Positions 58,144 to 64,000 of a DNA stretch of 64,000 nt are shown here, in pieces. Made by a program: the position numbers and the translations under genes. This stretch comes from a virus (taxonomy: Duplodnaviria; Caudoviricetes), in IMG/VR virus record IMGVR_UViG_3300021431_000075, positions 96,001 through 160,000 of that record, one strand, 5' to 3'. The notes below the pieces were generated by a model, which had not been told where the DNA came from, searched no databases, and saw only the letters and a program-made list of their open reading frames with translations. Numbering within the stretch: position 1 is the stretch's first letter; every line of letters starts with the position of its first letter.

Positions 58144-60465
58144 ATGGACAATAAACTAAAATTCAATATCGGCGACTATATCGCAAATGACTATTGCTTC
58201 GGAAAAGTGATAGAAATCACAGATGATGCTTATCTGTTGGACACCGGACAGGGAATCCCGTTCTCTTGTGAGCATAATGCACATATCTGGACCATCACCG
58301 ATGCGAAAGATGGGGATGTGCTTGCAGATGAATACGGCACGATAATCATGTACCATTCTATGTGTTCGGTTGGCAATGCAAACGTACACTGCTGCATAGA
58401 GAACGGGAAATTCATTGCCAGAAACATCGGAGTGTTCGAAACCGAGAACTTCCATCCAGCGACAATAGAGCAGACAGAATTGATGTTATCCAAGATGAAA
58501 GAATCTGGATATGAGTGGAATGCCGAGAAGAAAGAACTGAAACCAATTAGCAAACCAAAATTCAATGCCGGAGACTGGGTTATAGACAACCTTGGTTTTG
58601 TCTGGAAAATCGAATCCATTGAACAAAATCTATATCACATTTGCGATTCCGAAGGCGTTGAGTCATTACCTGATATAGTTTGGGCAGACAATCATTTCCG
58701 TCTTTGGAGCATCACTGATGCAAAAGACGGTGATGTGCTTATTGAAGATTCTTGCATTTTTATTATTCAAAAATTGGGTGATAATAGTAATGCTGCGAAA
58801 ACATATTGTACATTACATGATGATGGCGATTTTGTTGACGGTTCAATATTATATTTTGATATAGATAGTACTAAACCAGCCACCAAAGAACAGCGTGACA
58901 TCTTAATCCAAAAGATGCATGAAGCCGGCTATGAGTGGGATGAAGAGAAAAAAGAGATTAAGAATGTAAAAATGGAAAGTGAGATTATTGAAAAGTTCAT
59001 AGTTGGAAAATGGTATACATGCGTAAAGGATTTCTTTGACAAGAGTGTCCATTTCGACAAAGGAACCGCATATTTTTGTTCAGGAGAAGAAAGGCTGGAA
59101 GCAGAAGACGGAAATCATGTCTGGATTCCTGAGAACTCGTACAGCAACTTCAAGCTCTGGAGCATTTCTGATGCAAAGAAAGGCGACATACTTGTACATA
59201 ATGATTGTACATTTATCTTTATGGGAATCAAGGACGGCATAGTACAAGCTATCGAGGAGAATATGCTTGAACCTATATCTTTTGGCGAACCGGACAAAGA
59301 CAATGATTATCATCCAGCCACCAAAGAGCAATGCGAATCGCTGTGCCGGAAAATTGCGGAAGCCGGTTACACTTGGAATCAGGAAAAGAAGAAAATAGAG
59401 AAGATTGGAGAAACTCCTGATGAAAACAAAGAGTTGAAACCGATTGACAAACCAAGATTCAATGTCGGAGACTGGGTTATAGACAACCTTGGTTTTGTCT
59501 GGAAAATCGAATCCATTGAACAAAGTTTATATCACATTTGCGATTCAGAAGGCGTTGAGTCGTTACCTGATATAGATTGGGTGAACAATCATTTCCGTCT
59601 TTGGAGCATCCAAGATGCAAAAAAAGGTGATATACTTTTTCAAGATTTAATGGGTGGATTTACATTTATTTTTGATGGATTCGACTCAGAAATGGCAATA
59701 TTGTATTCTTTTATTATAAGTAATGATGGCGAAGATGTTTTGCCATATCATATAGGGAAACCAAATACAGGTATAGGATATGTTGAAGAAGCAGGCATTA
59801 TCTACCCAGCCACCAAAGAACAACGTGCGTTGATATTTCAAAAAATTGCGGAAGCCGGTTACACTTGGAATCAGGAAAAGAAGAAAATAGAGAAGATTGG
59901 AGAAACTCCTGATGAAAACAAAATCCAGCCGAAGTTCAAGGCAGGGGATGTGATAGTCCATAAACTGTCGATGAAGATGGGTTCATCATCTTGGGTTTCT
60001 GGAAAAATCGAGAAAATAGAAGGTGATAGATACATCTTCACAGACGGTTCTTATTTCTTCATCAAGGAACAAGACGAATGGGCTTTCTTTGAACATATGC
60101 CGACAGAAAATACAATCAAGCCGAAGTTCAAGGCAGGGGACTGCATTGTTCATTCTACATGGAAAGACATATATCCACATTCATCTTGCGGAACAATCAA
60201 GGAAGTCAAGGATGACAGATATATCTTCGAAGACGGTAGTTATATCAAGATGTGTGACCAAGACTTATGGGAGTTGTCAAAACCAAAAGATGACGACTGC
60301 AGCAACAAATCATCCGACAACGGTCTGCGTTATGCATTGTCAATCCTTGAGCAGTCTCTCGGAATCGTTCCGGGCTATCAGACAAATGACGGCTTATTAA
60401 AGCACAAGCAGGCAATTGCCGCTGTGAAGAATGCATTGAAGCAGAAGTCATCACAATCTGACTGA
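58144..60465 (+). CDS. modular repeat protein (4 modules) with internal duplications
   Basis: Start revised to MDNKLKFNIGD. Confidence 0.85.
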   Translation: MDNKLKFNIGDYIANDYCFGKVIEITDDAYLLDTGQGIPFSCEHNAHIWTITDAKDGDVLADEYGTIIMYHSMCSVGNANVHCCIENGKFIARNIGVFETENFHPATIEQTELMLSKMKESGYEWNAEKKELKPISKPKFNAGDWVIDNLGFVWKIESIEQNLYHICDSEGVESLPDIVWADNHFRLWSITDAKDGDVLIEDSCIFIIQKLGDNSNAAKTYCTLHDDGDFVDGSILYFDIDSTKPATKEQRDILIQKMHEAGYEWDEEKKEIKNVKMESEIIEKFIVGKWYTCVKDFFDKSVHFDKGTAYFCSGEERLEAEDGNHVWIPENSYSNFKLWSISDAKKGDILVHNDCTFIFMGIKDGIVQAIEENMLEPISFGEPDKDNDYHPATKEQCESLCRKIAEAGYTWNQEKKKIEKIGETPDENKELKPIDKPRFNVGDWVIDNLGFVWKIESIEQSLYHICDSEGVESLPDIDWVNNHFRLWSIQDAKKGDILFQDLMGGFTFIFDGFDSEMAILYSFIISNDGEDVLPYHIGKPNTGIGYVEEAGIIYPATKEQRALIFQKIAEAGYTWNQEKKKIEKIGETPDENKIQPKFKAGDVIVHKLSMKMGSSSWVSGKIEKIEGDRYIFTDGSYFFIKEQDEWAFFEHMPTENTIKPKFKAGDCIVHSTWKDIYPHSSCGTIKEVKDDRYIFEDGSYIKMCDQDLWELSKPKDDDCSNKSSDNGLRYALSILEQSLGIVPGYQTNDGLLKHKQAIAAVKNALKQKSSQSD
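58531..59922. repeat. internal duplications: 58531-58725 ~ 59428-59622 and 59350-59430 = 59842-59922
   Basis: ~195 bp highly similar; 81 bp identical. Confidence 0.9.
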
Positions 60466-60523
60466 TAAAACTGTCTTTTGTCTATTATATTCAAAAAAAC
60501 CACAAACAAAATCAACAACAAAA

Positions 60524-61612
60524 ATGGAAAACTTTAATGTGAACCTCGAAGAATTAGTCTCAGACTATAATTCAAACACATCTTCAAAAGATGCAACAAT
60601 AAACGACATGCTTGAACACAATAACTTCATGTGCGAAAACCCGTATAATCCAACAGGTTCAATCACAAGAAAGTATGACATCAAGAAAAGCGACTACATA
60701 TTCAATGAAGATTTCAAGGAAACGTTTCTCGTGACTGATGAAAATAATATGTTCATCACTGCAAAAAACATCAAGACCGGAGAAGTCAGCAGGTTCCTGA
60801 AAACATGCAAGACAATTCAACAATGCCCGGTTATTCCGAACACAATACACACATGGTCAATCAAGGATGCGAAAGCATTTGATGTGATAGCAACAGACAA
60901 TTTCGTTTTCATGTTCAAGCAGATGAATGAGTATACCGGCGCAGTGTTTTGCTATTGTGCGGCTCTACTTTCCAGAATCAACCAGAATGACGAAAACGCT
61001 TTCATGATTCCTGCTAAGAATGCAGTCATCGGAACATCAGAACACACGTCTTATCGACCAGCTACGGAAGAAGAGACAAAATATCTCTTGGATGAACTCG
61101 ACATGCACGGTTTGGAAATGAACTATGACAAGAACTATTTAACATGGAATGATAAAAACCATGAGAATTCCTCGATAATACACAGATGGATTATCGATGC
61201 AAAAACAAACGAATTATTCAGAGTTGCCAGTTTCTACAAAGACGAATTCACGATTGAGCATAAAAACGGAAGCACATTCAAGAAAGACGCAGAACTTGTA
61301 AGAACTCTTCTGAAGAACAACGAGTACAGGCGCTGGGATTTTTTAAATGCAACTATAAATGTCGGAGATGTCTTTGTCCAAACACACGGCAATGACGAAT
61401 GGCTTTATATGGCGACAGAACTCGTTGGTTCGAAAATGACATTTGTTGAATTTTATGCAAATACAGGAAAATTTGCAAAGAAAGAATGGCATTTATCTCC
61501 GGAGAACTATAACAAATTAGGTTATGCAATCGATCCGGCTACAGACTTCCAAAAAGAACAGATGATTTCTCTGATGAAAGACAGCGGTTATAAAGTTCCA
61601 GAACAAATTTAA
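60524..61612 (+). CDS. modular repeat protein (2 modules)
   Basis: TWSIKDAKAFD...PATEEE; PATDFQ. Confidence 0.8.
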   Translation: MENFNVNLEELVSDYNSNTSSKDATINDMLEHNNFMCENPYNPTGSITRKYDIKKSDYIFNEDFKETFLVTDENNMFITAKNIKTGEVSRFLKTCKTIQQCPVIPNTIHTWSIKDAKAFDVIATDNFVFMFKQMNEYTGAVFCYCAALLSRINQNDENAFMIPAKNAVIGTSEHTSYRPATEEETKYLLDELDMHGLEMNYDKNYLTWNDKNHENSSIIHRWIIDAKTNELFRVASFYKDEFTIEHKNGSTFKKDAELVRTLLKNNEYRRWDFLNATINVGDVFVQTHGNDEWLYMATELVGSKMTFVEFYANTGKFAKKEWHLSPENYNKLGYAIDPATDFQKEQMISLMKDSGYKVPEQI

Positions 61613-61625
61613 ATCGATTTGATTT

Positions 61626-61949
61626 ATGATTGACAAATCAACGAAATATGATAAATTCATCTCTTTCTTCAAAGAGAAATTCAAGAAAGGTGACAACGTG
61701 ATTGTCAGCAGGATCGATATGGAGAAAAACTTTCCTGAACTCAAAACCGAACCAACCGAAGAAGATGAAAACAACATAAGGAATTCCATCATTTTCGCCA
61801 TTCAGCATATCGAAGCACATGGCTACGAAAGAATAAACAACGTGGAAATCTCTGACATTTACGACTGGCTTAACAAGAAACCGTCAATCATGAACTGCAA
61901 TACAAGCAGAAACGGTTACAAAAAGTCAAAAAGAAAAAATTCATGTTAA
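61626..61949 (+). CDS. FPEL...EDExIR...WL module protein
   Basis: Module shared with 19156, 47507, 61984 and 63415 genes. Confidence 0.65.
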   Translation: MIDKSTKYDKFISFFKEKFKKGDNVIVSRIDMEKNFPELKTEPTEEDENNIRNSIIFAIQHIEAHGYERINNVEISDIYDWLNKKPSIMNCNTSRNGYKKSKRKNSC

Positions 61950-61983
61950 AATCACAAAACGCCATTCAAAAACAATAATTAAA

Positions 61984-63291
61984 ATGAAAACCGATAACGA
62001 ATATCTTGAACGAGCAAGAGAAATCATTTCAACTGCCGACATAAGGGACAACAGCATTGCAATAATGGCAATCAAATATATATTCCCTGAACTCAATCAA
62101 GAGAATACAGGTGATGATGCAAAAAATCCGAAAAATGCAAGTGATGATGCAAAAAGCAGAAACCATAAAGACAACCGTGTTTTCCCAGTAATCGCAAGAG
62201 AGAACAAGACTGGAAAACTCATAATCATCAACGGCGGACAGCTTGACGACTGTTCAGACGAATATATCAAATATGTATCCGATGACGGTTATCATGTGTA
62301 CAATCCAGATGAAATCATATTCTATGACGAATGCGAGAACGATTCAGAGAAAAAGAAAGAAACCGGCGACTTCAATGTAGGAGACTGGATTGTAGAAGAA
62401 CTATCCGGAGAATGGCTTGTTGTGACTGATGAAAAGCAATTCACATACACAGCAGAGACCATCAGCGGAAAGCAATTCATCATCCAGAAAGACAGAACAA
62501 AACATAACGGTTATCACAGATGGACGCTGGATGACGCAAGCTCCGGAGATGTTCTTGCAGACTATGTTCAGAACTGTGACAATCCGCTCATCTTCATCTT
62601 AAAGGACTTCAAGCATATCAAGTACAATCTTGTCAAGGAATCTGACTACCACTCTTTCTGCTATCTCAAAGCCAATGAAAGACAGCAGTTCTGTACAGGC
62701 AGCTGGCATCACATCCATGACTTGAAACCCGCTACTGCAAAGCAGCAAGAACTTCTGTTCAACAAAATGAAAGAAGCTGGTTATTCTTGGAAACCTGACA
62801 CTCTCGAATTGACAAAAACAAAACTTGAAACGAAGTTTAAGATTGGCGACTGGATTACTGATAGACAAACTACTGTACAAATTTCCGAAATAGATAACAC
62901 TATTGATGGTTGTTACCGTTGCATTAACGGAAACCACGGATTTGGCACATTTGTTATTGAAATTGCAAAAGCAGACGAAACATTTCATATTTGGACAATA
63001 GAAGATGCCAAAACTGGAGATGTGCTTGCAACAAAATATGCTATTTTTATTTTTAAGCATATGGATATAGCAAGATTAAGTCTTTTTAGTGTATGCAGGT
63101 CATATTGCGAAGTGATAGGTGATTCTGAATTAAGCTTGGGATTTGATTTTCCTCTAAATGACATTCACCCAGCACCAGCAACTAAAGAACAGAAAAATCA
63201 GTTATTCAAAAAAATAAAAGATGCTGGTTATGAATGGAATCCGGTTACTCTCAAATTGACAAAAAATGAACTCTGGATAGTCTCGAATTGA
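61984..63291 (+). CDS. modular repeat protein (2 modules)
   Basis: RWTLDDASSGD, IWTIEDAKTGD. Confidence 0.8.
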   Translation: MKTDNEYLERAREIISTADIRDNSIAIMAIKYIFPELNQENTGDDAKNPKNASDDAKSRNHKDNRVFPVIARENKTGKLIIINGGQLDDCSDEYIKYVSDDGYHVYNPDEIIFYDECENDSEKKKETGDFNVGDWIVEELSGEWLVVTDEKQFTYTAETISGKQFIIQKDRTKHNGYHRWTLDDASSGDVLADYVQNCDNPLIFILKDFKHIKYNLVKESDYHSFCYLKANERQQFCTGSWHHIHDLKPATAKQQELLFNKMKEAGYSWKPDTLELTKTKLETKFKIGDWITDRQTTVQISEIDNTIDGCYRCINGNHGFGTFVIEIAKADETFHIWTIEDAKTGDVLATKYAIFIFKHMDIARLSLFSVCRSYCEVIGDSELSLGFDFPLNDIHPAPATKEQKNQLFKKIKDAGYEWNPVTLKLTKNELWIVSN

Positions 63292-63414
63292 CAAGAAATG
63301 AACAAAATCTCAACCACAAACAAATCTGTCAAAGATAGTTATTCAGAATAAATTCGATTAAAACGAGAACAAATATCAAAGATATAAAAATGAAATTAAA
63401 ATCAATTCATAACT

Positions 63415-64000
63415 ATGAGCAAAAAAGATGAAATCCCTTTTGGTACATTTGATAGCGGACTTCAAGAACAGGAATTTTGTATTCCGGATGGATTTGAGGC
63501 AAGCATTGAAAACGGAAAAATTGTCCTTCATAAAATAGAGAGTAAGGATGAAAAGATAAGGAAAGCAATAGTAGAGTTTTTTGAACTCCAAGATGACAAC
63601 ACTACTTATTCTTTTATCCCAAAGAAAGATATTCTTGCTTGGCTCGAAAAGCAAAACCATGATGGCAAAAAGTGGATTTATGAAGATGTATATCTAAAAG
63701 AAAAGGAGCAACTGATTCAAGATGGTATAGATGAAGTGTTGGAAAATCCACAAAAGTATGGTCTTGACAAGCAAGGTAAATACGAGACTATTTGGAAACC
63801 GACAATAGAGCAAATAAATGCTCTTACTCATTTTATCAGAAGTGTTGGAGAAAGTGGCTATGCTTCTCCATATGACCAAAATACAAAGTTGCTTTATTCT
63901 TTATTAACGGATTTACAAGTTCTTCAAAAGCAAGGTGAGCAAAAGGAAATAAACCTTGTTGAGATATTAAAAAATTATCCGAATGAAACAGAACTATATT
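63415..64000 (+). CDS. hypothetical multi-module protein, runs off window edge
   Basis: MSKKDEIPFG...ESKDEKIRKAI...AWLEKQ...WKPTIEQ read manually. Confidence 0.7.
   Translation, partial: MSKKDEIPFGTFDSGLQEQEFCIPDGFEASIENGKIVLHKIESKDEKIRKAIVEFFELQDDNTTYSFIPKKDILAWLEKQNHDGKKWIYEDVYLKEKEQLIQDGIDEVLENPQKYGLDKQGKYETIWKPTIEQINALTHFIRSVGESGYASPYDQNTKLLYSLLTDLQVLQKQGEQKEINLVEILKNYPNETELY

Noticed and set aside
48944-59178. Diversity-generating retroelement template/variable repeat pair
   Set aside because: Both copies are coding, the three differences are synonymous C/T changes, and there is no reverse transcriptase in the window.
1-64000. TAG-to-Gln recoding as in Lak megaphages
   Set aside because: Long ORFs contain no in-frame TAG, and several genes (luxS, 49709, 55367, 26647) end sensibly at TAG.
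1-64000. CRISPR array
   Set aside because: No regularly spaced short repeats seen; all repeats are pairs or coding duplications.

Overview
This window looks like part of a large lytic phage of a Bacteroidota (Prevotella/Bacteroides-like) host. The evidence is dense hypothetical genes, Bacteroidota-type TAnnTTTG promoters, two tRNAs, and YopX, ASCH, NT5C, HNH and WG-repeat genes. It uses the standard genetic code. Genes run almost entirely on the minus strand to about 46.7 kb, then on the plus strand, from divergent host-type promoters, so this is probably an early or accessory region. About a third of the window (14 genes, about 35 copies) encodes one unrecognised modular protein family built on the anchors KFxxGDW, WxIxDAxxGD and PATxEQ...GYxW, with DNA-level signs of recent module shuffling. 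Other notable elements: an intact luxS; a ~185-nt structured RNA candidate that shares a promoter with tRNA(CAT) and an HNH gene; an IS607 element with an oversized TnpB; an IS200/IS605 element whose tnpA has a nonsense codon while tnpB is intact; stand-alone ATPase half-domains; and orphan antitoxin-like genes. All calls come from reading motifs by eye; no database searches were run.
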